Shown: positions 9,025-17,124 of the stretch, in pieces
Numbering within the stretch: position 1 is the stretch's first letter
Layout: each line of letters begins with the position of its first letter
Source: Nitrospirota bacterium
GTDB lineage: Bacteria; JACPQY01
Direction: 5' to 3'
DNA length: 22,388 nucleotides
Assembly: GCA_016180645.1 (NCBI GenBank)
Contig: JACPAV010000003.1
Location: forward strand, 310,001 to 332,388
Notes under the pieces: generated by a model
Databases searched by the model: none
Seen by the model: the letters and a program-made list of their open reading frames with translations, nothing else
What the model was told of the DNA's origin: nothing
Translations under genes and position numbers: made by a program

Positions 9025-9044
9025 ATTGTGATGTATATCACAAT
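9025..9044. promoter_or_regulatory. CRP/FNR-family binding site
   Basis: ATTGTGA-TGTATA-TCACAAT: a perfect TGTGA-N6-TCACA core with extended palindromic flanks. Confidence 0.75.
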
Positions 9045-9149
9045 GCGGACGCCACGCGACGTGGCACCTAGAAGAAGCCAGGCGGCAGACTTGGAAGGCG
9101 CGGGACGAGCCGGGCGACTCCGAGTGTCAAGGGCGCTGGTGGAGACCCA

Positions 9150-9932
9150 CTACTCGTGGCACTCCAGGCAGGGTGGCTCTTCCATGTCGATCAGCTCGCC
9201 GTGTTCGGTCTTGTTCGAGTGGCACTGGCGGCAGACCATGCCCTTGGGGAGATGCTCGTCCACCTTGTGGGTCTCCTTGTACTCCAGATGGCAGCCGCCG
9301 CAATCGCTCCGAACGAGATGTTCGTACAAGGGAGGCTTGATCGAATCCTCGGGATGGCAGGTTTCGCACGTTTCTTTGGTCTGCTCGTGGCAGCCGTTGC
9401 CCATGCAGGCGGTCATCTTCGGGCGGTTCGTCGGCTCGGCCTCATGATCGTGCGTGATGGTGTAGTGACAGTCGGGACAGCGCATCTCCTCGAGCTTGAT
9501 GTGGAGCTCGTGGTTCATTTTGATGTGCTTCTCGTTGTGCTCGTATTTGAGTTCTTTCTTGTTCGGGATGTCCTTGTGACAGCGGAGACAGTTGTCGTTC
9601 AGCCGCTCCGTTCGCGAGGCGAAGACCATGTGGTCGTCCGCATCAGCCATCTGCCAGGGAAATTTCGGCAGGTGCATGGCGTGGCACTCGACGCAACGCA
9701 CTTCCGAGTACGGTGGATGGACCTTGGACGTACCGCCGACAAAAGAGGTTTCTCCCGTGGAGTGGCAGCTCAGGCAGTTGTGCGGGCTGCGCGCGTATTT
9801 CGCGAGCCCCCAACCGGAGGTGAGCGCGAAAACGGCTCCCGCCCCCAGGAAGATCGCGAGGTTCCTGATCGTCAGGGGAGGAATGTGGAGCGTCTTCACG
9901 CGACCGATCAGCGATTGGATTCGACGGCCCAT
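9150..9932 (-). CDS. Membrane-anchored multiheme cytochrome c (8 CXXCH + 1 CX4CH), NapC/NirT-like N-terminus plus c3/c7-like C-terminal part
   Basis: Likely start ATG 9932 (MGRRIQS). N-terminal TM, then CLSCH, CVECH, CLRCH, CPDCH, CMGNGCH, CETCH, CGGCH, CRQCH and CLECH. Confidence 0.85.
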   Translation of the reverse strand: MGRRIQSLIGRVKTLHIPPLTIRNLAIFLGAGAVFALTSGWGLAKYARSPHNCLSCHSTGETSFVGGTSKVHPPYSEVRCVECHAMHLPKFPWQMADADDHMVFASRTERLNDNCLRCHKDIPNKKELKYEHNEKHIKMNHELHIKLEEMRCPDCHYTITHDHEAEPTNRPKMTACMGNGCHEQTKETCETCHPEDSIKPPLYEHLVRSDCGGCHLEYKETHKVDEHLPKGMVCRQCHSNKTEHGELIDMEEPPCLECHE

Positions 9933-9937
9933 GGCGC

Positions 9938-12298
9938 TCACTCGAAGAAGAACAGGTATTTTTCCACGAAGCCCGGCTTCGGCCTGGAAGCCACTTTCAG
10001 GACGGATACCACGGTGTCCTGCCAGGCGACGCCCCCTCCGGCGCGGTCGGTTTTGGCCGCCACTAGCGGCTTCACGTGAACTCCATTCCCTTCCTTCTCC
10101 CACCACACCAGCTTCGTTTCGGGGTTCGCGCTCTTGAACGCCTTGGCCCGTGCCACGTGGCCATACCCCCAGTGGCCGCAATTGTCCGATATGGCGATGA
10201 CGCGGGGGTGGATGCCCTGGACCAGGAGGACTTCGCCCCGGACGATGCCCGTCCGGGAAATCACCTCCAGCACGTCGCCGCTCTCCAGACCCAACTCCTC
10301 GCCGGTGGACCGGTTGATGAGGATCGGGTTGCGGTGAACGATCTCGGAGAGCTTGAGCGAGCCCGCGGTGTGGTAATGGGTGTGGACGTTCCACTGGAAG
10401 TTTGTCAGGGCGAACTGGCTCGGTCGCATCTCCGCATACTCCGGCACCGGCTCATAGGTCGGCATGGGATTGAGTCCCATTTTCTCCAGCCGCGCGGAGT
10501 GGATTTCGAATTTTCCTGAGGGCGTGTCGAAGCCGCCTTTCCGATATTTCTGGTAGTCCGGTTTGGCGTCGGGATCTCTCCAGAATCCCTTCTTCACCAG
10601 GTATTCCAGGCCGCCCGCCTTTTCCAATCCGGCGATTCCGGCCACCTGCGCGTAGAGGTAGTCCTCGGGATCGAAGTAGAAATATTTCGTCATGGGGCCA
10701 TCCAGCAGCGTCGCCAACTCGATCAGGATATCCATGACCGGCTTGGACTCGCCCAGCGGTTTGACCACCGGCTGCCGAAGGCTGACGAACGGCACCATTT
10801 CCATGGACGGCGGCGATTCCAGTTCCCATCGTTCGAGGTAGGTGGACGCAGGGAGAACGACGTCGGCCAACGCCGCGGTCTCCGTCATGTGGCTGTCGAT
10901 GGCCACATGGAAGGGGATCTTGATTTCGTTCTTGAAAAGGGCATCCACGGCTTCCGTGTGGGGCGCCTCGTACAGGGGGTTTCCCATGTAGGTGAACCAC
11001 ACGCCGATTTGCGGTTTCTCCATCTCCGCCAGCTTTTCGAAGAGACCATAGGTCGATTCCCGGCCCGTCTGGGAATTAAGGAAGGCGCTCGCTGCGGCGG
11101 GTTTCGGCGGAACGGGCTCGGGATCGCGGAAGGCGTAGCTCCGCGGGAGGCAGAAGCCGCCGAGGGCGTCGATGCGGCCGGTGACCGCGTTGAGGAGCAT
11201 GATGCAACGCTCATTCTGCACGCCGTTGACGTGCTTGCTGACGCCTCCGGAAGAGATCGTGGTGGCGTACCGGCTCCGGGCGAATTCGAGGGCGATGCGG
11301 ACGATGTCCGCCGCTGCGACGCCGCTTTCCTGCTCGGCCCGCTCGGGGGTGTACGGCGCGAGGTGCTTCCGGAGCCGGTCCGGCGCCACGTTGGTCCAGT
11401 TTCTCAGAAAGGCTTCATCGTGGAGGTTCTCCCGCATGATGACGTGGGCCATCGCCAGCGCGATCAATCCGTCCGTGCCGGGGAACGGCGCAAACCATTC
11501 ATCGCTCCGGCCGGCGGTCTGGCTGCATCGCACGTCGAAGCTGACGAGCTTGGCGCCGTAATGCACCTGGGAATGCCGGATCTTCGTCTGCCTTCCTTCG
11601 GTCAGCCGCTGGACGAAACTCGTGCGCAGATAGTGCGCTTCGTACGGATTGGCGCCGAAGTTGAGAATGTACTCGGTGTTGACCACGTCGGACACCTCAA
11701 CAGGCGCTCCCCATGTGGCCTCCTGCGCCAGACGCTTGTTCTGGTTCGTCAGACCCACGTGAACGAGCGCGTTCGGGGAGCCGAAGGCACGGGCAAATCG
11801 TTCGGTGAACTTCTGCGTCGTAATGTCCCGGCTGCTGTACAAGAAAAACTTTTCGGGTGTCTTCGCCTCCCACAGAGCGCGGAGTTTCCCGCCGACCAGT
11901 TTGTGGGCCTCGTCCCAGGAGATCTGTTTCCATTGGCCCTCGCCCCGCTTTCCGGTGCGGACCATCGGATGAAGGATCCGTTCAGGATCGTAGAGGATGT
12001 CTTTGGCCGCGTGACCCTTGGCGCACATGCGGCCGCGCGAGTTGGGGTGATTGGGATTTCCTCCGACCTTGGCCAGCGCTCCGTCCGTCGCATACCCGAT
12101 GATCCCGCACCGCGCATAGCAGTTCAGGCACGTGCTGTGGATGTTCCGGTGCGCGCGGCGCGTCGTCCGCGTGACGCTCCTCCCCCCCATCTGGAGCTCC
12201 ATGGGGAGGGTGGCCTTGGGAAGCAGCGTTCCGGCGGCCGCGATGCCCGCCGCCGCGCCCGTAGTCATGAGGAACTGCCTTCGGTGGAGTTTTCTCAT
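9938..12298 (-). CDS. Mo/W-bisPGD oxidoreductase catalytic subunit, Psr/Ttr/Arr-like group, Tat-exported
   Basis: Start ATG 12298 with Tat signal HRRQFL. FS0 motif CLNCYARC...CAKG. Further motifs YDPERILHPMVRTGKRGEGQWKQISWDEA, PGTDG, ETAALADVVLPASTYLER, TPSGKFE and GHWGYG. Confidence 0.92.
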   Translation of the reverse strand: MRKLHRRQFLMTTGAAAGIAAAGTLLPKATLPMELQMGGRSVTRTTRRAHRNIHSTCLNCYARCGIIGYATDGALAKVGGNPNHPNSRGRMCAKGHAAKDILYDPERILHPMVRTGKRGEGQWKQISWDEAHKLVGGKLRALWEAKTPEKFFLYSSRDITTQKFTERFARAFGSPNALVHVGLTNQNKRLAQEATWGAPVEVSDVVNTEYILNFGANPYEAHYLRTSFVQRLTEGRQTKIRHSQVHYGAKLVSFDVRCSQTAGRSDEWFAPFPGTDGLIALAMAHVIMRENLHDEAFLRNWTNVAPDRLRKHLAPYTPERAEQESGVAAADIVRIALEFARSRYATTISSGGVSKHVNGVQNERCIMLLNAVTGRIDALGGFCLPRSYAFRDPEPVPPKPAAASAFLNSQTGRESTYGLFEKLAEMEKPQIGVWFTYMGNPLYEAPHTEAVDALFKNEIKIPFHVAIDSHMTETAALADVVLPASTYLERWELESPPSMEMVPFVSLRQPVVKPLGESKPVMDILIELATLLDGPMTKYFYFDPEDYLYAQVAGIAGLEKAGGLEYLVKKGFWRDPDAKPDYQKYRKGGFDTPSGKFEIHSARLEKMGLNPMPTYEPVPEYAEMRPSQFALTNFQWNVHTHYHTAGSLKLSEIVHRNPILINRSTGEELGLESGDVLEVISRTGIVRGEVLLVQGIHPRVIAISDNCGHWGYGHVARAKAFKSANPETKLVWWEKEGNGVHVKPLVAAKTDRAGGGVAWQDTVVSVLKVASRPKPGFVEKYLFFFE

Positions 12299-12299
12299 G

Positions 12300-13214
12300 T
12301 CAGTGCAGGGGTATGCTTTGACCGGCATAGACCACCGTGAGTCGCATCGCGTAAATTCCGAGGAGGACGAGAACCGAAGCCACATTCGCGGAGGCGAGCG
12401 AACCCCGAAACGGCTTCACAAAGATCAGAATCAGGGGAATCAGACTCCCAAGGAACACCTCCACGCCCAGGAACAGGAACGTGAACTTCCCGTGGAGGAG
12501 GAGCTGAGCCACGTAGTACTCCTCCGCCTTGGAGGTCAGGAGGACCAGGATGTCGTTGGAAATCAGGAAGAGGTCCACGATGATCACCGCACCGAGGAAT
12601 TTCACCAGATTCAGGATCAGCCCCTTCTCGACCTCCGTTTCCTTGGGATCGCGTTTCTTGGCCGCCCAGCGGTTGTAGATCGAGGCAGCCACAACCATGA
12701 GCGCGAAGCCGGAGACCATGGCGGAGACGAGGAAGAGCGTCGGCATGAGCGCCGTGCTCCACAGGGGCCGGCCTTTTCCAAGGGCGAGAATGAATCCCGT
12801 GTAGCCGTGCACACACACTGCGAGCGGGATGCCAATGATGCCGATGAGCTTGGCCGCCTTCTGCCTCCCCGTGAAGAGCGCCCACGCGTAAAGCGTTGCA
12901 TTGAGTGGATAGGAAGTCAGGAGGAAAGTGCCGTAGGTGATGGGGGACGTCATATGGAGATAGACGAAGAGGTACCAGAACCGCGTCGGCTGCTCGAGAT
13001 CGATGACAAGGAAAAGAGGGGCGATGACGAGGGCCAACGGCGCCATGATGGAGCCGATCTTTGCGAGAGCCTTGTACTCGGTGCGGCCGCCGAGGACGGC
13101 GATAACGGAGATGACGAACGATCCGGCGGAGATGCCCGTGAGGTAGAAGTAGGTGGCGATTTCCTTCCCCAGGGGGATGACGTGCGGGGTGTTGAAAAGC
13201 GTTTGTGCTTCCAC
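12300..13214 (-). CDS. NrfD/PsrC family quinone-interacting membrane subunit
   Basis: Likely GTG start 13214 behind GGAGGAGG. Motifs IATYFYLTGISAGSF, DLEQP.RF, TSPITYG and YTGFIL...RPLW; about 8 hydrophobic segments. Confidence 0.9.
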   Translation of the reverse strand: MEAQTLFNTPHVIPLGKEIATYFYLTGISAGSFVISVIAVLGGRTEYKALAKIGSIMAPLALVIAPLFLVIDLEQPTRFWYLFVYLHMTSPITYGTFLLTSYPLNATLYAWALFTGRQKAAKLIGIIGIPLAVCVHGYTGFILALGKGRPLWSTALMPTLFLVSAMVSGFALMVVAASIYNRWAAKKRDPKETEVEKGLILNLVKFLGAVIIVDLFLISNDILVLLTSKAEEYYVAQLLLHGKFTFLFLGVEVFLGSLIPLILIFVKPFRGSLASANVASVLVLLGIYAMRLTVVYAGQSIPLH

Positions 13215-13215
13215 C

Positions 13216-13923
13216 CTATTCCTCCTCCCAGCCTTTGAGAGGATCGGCGGCGTCCAGATCAAGGCCGATGTAAAACACCCGGGGGTTCGTACCCATTTCC
13301 GGTTTGAGCACGCTGACCGGTTCCGTGGCCAGGATTTGGGAGATCTCGCTGTTTGGATCGTTCATGTCCCCGAAGATCCGGGCTCGACCGATGCACGTTT
13401 CCACACAGGCCGGCACAAGCCCCGCATCCACCCGATGGTCGCAGAACGTGCATTTCTGCACGTATTTCTTGAGGGGATTCACGTATCGCACGTCGTATGG
13501 GCACGAGGCCATGCAGTACTTGCAGCCGATGCACCGGTGCTGGTCGATCATCACGATCCCATCCTCCCGTTGCCAGGTCGCTTCAACGGGGCAGTTGGCC
13601 AGACAGATCGGTTTCTCGCAGTTATTGCAAAGGATGGGGACGAACGAGCGGGAGACATGCGGGTACTTCCCTTTTTCGACGACCTTCACCCATGTGCGGA
13701 ATACGCCTGGCGGGACGTCGTTCTCCTCCTTGCAGGCCACCGTGCAGGACTGGCAGCCGATGCAGCGGCGGAGGTCGATGACCATCGCGTAGCGCTTCCT
13801 GCCTGCCTTTCCCGCGGCCGGACCTTTGGCGCCCTCGTGACCGACCCGGTGGGCGAGCCCTTCGCGGCCCGCAGACGCAGCCGTTCCGGGCAGTCCGCCA
13901 GCCTCTTTCTCCTTCGCAGCCAT
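13216..13923 (-). CDS. 4x[4Fe-4S] electron-transfer subunit (TtrB/PsrB/NrfC family)
   Basis: RYAMVIDLRRCIGCQSCTVAC, CNNCEKPICLANCP, CIGCKYCMASCPY and KCTFC...PACVETC...ARIFGD. Confidence 0.93.
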   Translation of the reverse strand: MAAKEKEAGGLPGTAASAGREGLAHRVGHEGAKGPAAGKAGRKRYAMVIDLRRCIGCQSCTVACKEENDVPPGVFRTWVKVVEKGKYPHVSRSFVPILCNNCEKPICLANCPVEATWQREDGIVMIDQHRCIGCKYCMASCPYDVRYVNPLKKYVQKCTFCDHRVDAGLVPACVETCIGRARIFGDMNDPNSEISQILATEPVSVLKPEMGTNPRVFYIGLDLDAADPLKGWEEE

Positions 13924-13975
13924 ATTGACAGCCCTTCGGGATGTTCCGGGAAACGGTTCCCGGGCCCTTCAGCCG

Positions 13976-14413
13976 CTATTTCTCGTCTTCTTCTTCTTCT
14001 TCCTCGGCTGCGCCGGCGCCCTCTTCCTCGGGCGTGACAGCGACCTTGGTCTTCCGAGCTGCCAGCCACTCGGTGAGGGTCTTCAGCTCTTCGTCCGTGC
14101 CCTTGAATTTCTTCTTGTGGCCGACCTTCTTGGATTTATCGAAATGCGACTCGATCTTCACTTCCTTCTTCAGCCATTTGGTGAAGAACGCGGCGTCTTG
14201 TTCCGCTCCGACGTTGGAGAGATCCGGCCCCTTCTTGGCCTTGCCGGTTTTCTTGCTGATTTTTTTCTCGATGGCTTCCGCCTTGACCAAGTGGCAGTCG
14301 TTACACTTCTTCTCCAGGAAGATGTCTTTTCCTGAAGCGGCGAACGTCGCCGAAGGCAGCGCCGCCGCCAGGAACGGCGCCACGACGAACAGCGAAACAA
14401 GCCTGCGCATCAT
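13976..14413 (-). CDS. Periplasmic monoheme cytochrome c, Lys-rich with acidic tail
   Basis: Signal peptide, GKDIF...CNDCH, GPDLSNVG. AGGAGG RBS. No Met in the mature chain. Confidence 0.85.
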   Translation of the reverse strand: MMRRLVSLFVVAPFLAAALPSATFAASGKDIFLEKKCNDCHLVKAEAIEKKISKKTGKAKKGPDLSNVGAEQDAAFFTKWLKKEVKIESHFDKSKKVGHKKKFKGTDEELKTLTEWLAARKTKVAVTPEEEGAGAAEEEEEEDEK

Positions 14414-14484
14414 CGGGATTCCTCCTTTTCCAAATAGGCGTCCGGTCGGACGACCTCGGTATTTATGGGTGTCTCCACTCAGAT

Positions 14485-14527
14485 CACCTTTCTGCGGGAG
14501 GGTAACAACCGTTCCCGGTGTCGCCCA
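14485..14527 (-). ncRNA. Candidate partial Moco/Tuco RNA motif (3' half only)
   Basis: Minus strand reads GGGCGACACCG-GGAA-CGGUUGUUA-CCCUCCCG-CA-GAAAGGUG: a GNRA hairpin followed by CCUCCCG...GAAAGGUG, as recalled for the 3' part of Moco RNA leaders. It lies upstream of a molybdoenzyme operon. The 5' half was not recognised. Confidence 0.35.
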
Positions 14528-14547
14528 TGACCACGGTCAACACTTGT

Positions 14548-14658
14548 AAGCGTTCAGCCATCAGCCGTCAGCAATCAGCTTCAGGATCCGGAATCAGGGG
14601 ACCGGCCGTCTCTCGTCCTCTTCCTCTTCCTGCGGCCCAAGCGGATGGCCGAGAGCTT
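14548..14658. repeat. Heptamer tandem-repeat element (second copy of the TCAGCNN family)
   Basis: aagcgttcagccatcagccgtcagcaatcagcttcag (14548-14584), with a degenerate opposite arm gcggatggccgagagctt (14641-14658). Confidence 0.65.
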
Positions 14659-14659
14659 A

Positions 14660-14760
14660 GAGCGTCTAACAGAATGCGTAGGGGAGGGTCTTCAGACCCT
14701 CCCGACAAGAGGGAGCATCTGAAGATGCTCCCCTACGAATCGGCATTCTGTTAGAGGCTC
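14660..14760. repeat. MITE-like element containing a GTAG-type REP doublet
   Basis: 18-bp terminal inverted repeats with 1 mismatch (gagcgtctaacagaatgc / gcattctgttagaggctc). They enclose GTAG-gggagggtcttcagaccctccc and gggagcatctgaagatgctccc-CTAC hairpins. A related inverted copy lies at 22225-22388. Confidence 0.8.
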
Positions 14761-14769
14761 CTAGGAAAC

Positions 14770-15627
14770 TCAGTCCTTCGGGTCCTCGAGATACTTCCGT
14801 TTGCGATGGATGACGAAGGCCCCGATCAAGAGGAACACGGTGAAGAATCCGCCTGCGATTTGGCGACGCTTCAGGACATCCTCCTGCTCTCCAATCCGGG
14901 TCGCCAGGATCCGCGCATCTTTCGTGACGGTCTCCGCAATCTCGATGACCCGGTCGAGGTCCAGGATGTGGCTGAGGTGATGGAACACGTTCCGCTGGGC
15001 GAAATGGGCCTGCTGGAGGGATCGCACGTCCCACCCTTCCGACCTCAACACGGCGATCCGATTTTCGAGTTCGACGAGCCGCGCCTCCGCATCGGTCATG
15101 GCCACCTTGATCCGCTTCGAGCGCTCATACTTGTGGCACTCGGAGCAGGTGTCTTCGTTGATCAGATCCAGGTTGGCCTTCTTGATCCTGTGCGCCTCGT
15201 GGCAGGTGATACAGACCGGACGCTTCTCCTTCTTCGTCAGCCAGTGTTTGCTTTTGACGTAGTTCTCCTGGATGGCCACGTGGCATTTGCCGCATACCGC
15301 GGGCACATCGTCGTCCGCCGGCGCGCCGATGAACTCCGACTCCTCCTCATCGTGCGCGTCCTCTTCCTCGGAGGCGGCCGGATTGCCCCCGTGGCAATCG
15401 TTGCACGCAATGGAGTTTTCGTGGTGGATGCTTTCGCGCCACTCCTTGGGCGGAATCGCAAGATCCTCGTTTTCCTCCTCCTGCTCGAGGTGGCATTTGA
15501 CGCACTGGTTTTCGGGCGGAATATCCTCCGCCCACGCGGTCGCAACGAACGCCGCCGGGAGAAGGATCAGCGCCCCCAAGGCCCTTCGGAGCTGAAAGCT
15601 GATCGCTGACGGCCGATCGCTCCTCAT
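14770..15627 (-). CDS. Pentaheme cytochrome c with coiled coil and C-terminal TM anchor (cytochrome c subunit of the Rieske/cyt b complex; CbcX-like)
   Basis: Signal peptide ending AWA. CVKCH, CNDCH, CGKCH, CITCH and CSECH. C-terminal TM followed by RKRK. ATGA overlap with cyt b. Confidence 0.87.
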   Translation of the reverse strand: MRSDRPSAISFQLRRALGALILLPAAFVATAWAEDIPPENQCVKCHLEQEEENEDLAIPPKEWRESIHHENSIACNDCHGGNPAASEEEDAHDEEESEFIGAPADDDVPAVCGKCHVAIQENYVKSKHWLTKKEKRPVCITCHEAHRIKKANLDLINEDTCSECHKYERSKRIKVAMTDAEARLVELENRIAVLRSEGWDVRSLQQAHFAQRNVFHHLSHILDLDRVIEIAETVTKDARILATRIGEQEDVLKRRQIAGGFFTVFLLIGAFVIHRKRKYLEDPKD

Positions 15628-16679
15628 GACAGATGCCCCCAGACCGTCAGGCCGACGAACGAAGCCAGCCCGGCGAAAACGGCAGCGAGGAACAGCGGAC
15701 GCTTCAGCGGCCGCCTTTCCGGATTACGGTCGATAAACGGAAGGAGCAGGATCGCAAGTCCGGCCAGTCCCTGCGCGGCCACTCCCAGGAACTCATTGGG
15801 AATGATTTTGAGCATCTGGTAGTTCGCCAGGAAGTACCATTCCGGCTTGATGTGGGGCGGCGTAAATAGGGGATCGGCCGGCTCCATGGCATCCGGCGGG
15901 AAGCTGATCTGCGGGGTGAAGAAAACGCCGAAGAAGAGCAACGCAAGAAAGAAGTAGACCACGCGGAGGTCTTCCAGCGCGAAATGAGGGAAGAACGGAA
16001 CCTTCTTCACCTGGTCCTTGGGAATGCCCGGCGGGGCGGAAATCCCGGCGCGCCGCATAAAGAAGAGGTGGGCGGCCACGATCATCGCGAAGAGCGGCGG
16101 GAGAACCGAAACGTGGAGCGCGTAGAAACGGCCGAGAGTCATCTGATCGACGCGGTCCCCCCCGCGGATCCATCGGACGATATCGTCGCCGATCACGGGC
16201 ACCGATCCGGCGGAGTTCGTCGCTACTGTCGTCGCCCAGTACGAAAGCTGACTCCACGGCAGGAGGTAGCCCGAGAGGCAGGCCATGAGGCCCAATCCGA
16301 ACAGGACCACGCCGCTGATCCACTGGATCTCGCGCGGTTTCTTGTAGGAGCCCATGATGAGGGTGCTCAGCATGTGGAGCATGAGGACGAGGATGAAGAG
16401 ATTCGCGGCGATCGCGTGCGTTCTCCGGATGAGCCATCCGAACGAGATCTTGCCGGTGATATTCATGACGCTCTCGAACGCGAGCGACGTGTGGGGGATG
16501 TAGTACGCGAGCAGGAGAATCCCGGTGGCGAACTGAATGCCCAGCACGGTGAGGAGGACGGCCCCCATGGAGTACCAGACGCTGAGGTTCGCCGGAACCA
16601 TGTAGCCCGTGAGATGAGTCTCGATGAGTTCCCGGTATTGAACGCGCTCTTCAAGCCAGTCGAGGATCTTTTTCACCAT
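15624..16679 (-). CDS. Cytochrome b/b6 (unsplit) of a Rieske/cyt b complex
   Basis: Start ATG 16679 (MVKKILDWLEER). GWLIRRTH...LH, GSYKKPREIQW.SG, GYLLPWSQLSYWA, RFYALH...AH and the Qo motif KPEWYF. Confidence 0.93.
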   Translation of the reverse strand: MVKKILDWLEERVQYRELIETHLTGYMVPANLSVWYSMGAVLLTVLGIQFATGILLLAYYIPHTSLAFESVMNITGKISFGWLIRRTHAIAANLFILVLMLHMLSTLIMGSYKKPREIQWISGVVLFGLGLMACLSGYLLPWSQLSYWATTVATNSAGSVPVIGDDIVRWIRGGDRVDQMTLGRFYALHVSVLPPLFAMIVAAHLFFMRRAGISAPPGIPKDQVKKVPFFPHFALEDLRVVYFFLALLFFGVFFTPQISFPPDAMEPADPLFTPPHIKPEWYFLANYQMLKIIPNEFLGVAAQGLAGLAILLLPFIDRNPERRPLKRPLFLAAVFAGLASFVGLTVWGHLS

Positions 16680-16683
16680 GACG

Positions 16684-17115
16684 TCACGCCTCGAACAACC
16701 GGACCGAGTCTTCCACGACTTCCACGCGGTAGCGTGTGAGGCCGCGGGGCGGCGGTCCGGAGATTCGGTTTCCGTTGCTGTCAAACTTTGCGGCGTGACA
16801 AGGACACAGGATCTTGCCTTCGGCCTTCTGCCAGCGGACGATGCAGCCGAGGTGGGGGCAGACGGCGCTGAAGCCCCTCCACTCGCCTCCGTGATGGACG
16901 ACGAGCGTCGGTTCGCCGAAGGCCAGTCCGGTTCGCGCCCCTTCCCGCACAACCTCCTCCGCCCGGATGGGTTCACCGTCCAGGTTGGTGAGGGTGTTGT
17001 CACCCTTCGCCGAGGGTTTGGGAAAGAAGTACGCGGCCACCGGAGCGACGAATGCAAGACCCGTGATCCAGCCCACGGCTTGAGTCAAGGTGTCGAAAAA
17101 CCCTCTTCGGGTCAT
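16684..17115 (-). CDS. Rieske [2Fe-2S] protein, Tat-anchored
   Basis: MTRRGFF Tat motif. CPHLGC and CPCH boxes. GPPPRGL. Confidence 0.93.
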   Translation of the reverse strand: MTRRGFFDTLTQAVGWITGLAFVAPVAAYFFPKPSAKGDNTLTNLDGEPIRAEEVVREGARTGLAFGEPTLVVHHGGEWRGFSAVCPHLGCIVRWQKAEGKILCPCHAAKFDSNGNRISGPPPRGLTRYRVEVVEDSVRLFEA

Positions 17116-17124
17116 ATTTCCTCC

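Noticed and set aside
9061-9080. sigma54 promoter at TGGCAC
   Set aside because: No TTGC at the -12 position and no suitably oriented downstream gene.
9933-10394. N-terminal extension of the 414-aa multiheme ORF, suggesting a frameshift fusion with the Mo subunit
   Set aside because: It is an off-frame overlap with the Mo subunit 3' end. ATG 9932 follows that gene's stop and gives a normal TM-anchored cytochrome.
9938-12298. Selenocysteine as the missing Mo ligand
   Set aside because: The reading frame has no in-frame TGA, and the ligand-position codon is ACG. The nearby TGA is out of frame.
9938-13923. Assigning ttrBCA, psrABC or arrAB gene names
   Set aside because: The gene order is ttrBCA-like, but the active-site segment matches none of these and the Fe-S subunit lacks a Tat signal. 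Substrate cannot be assigned.
16680-17057. Extended cyt b ORF suggesting a Rieske-cyt b fusion
   Set aside because: The extension is an alternate frame over the Rieske gene, which has its own stop at 16684.
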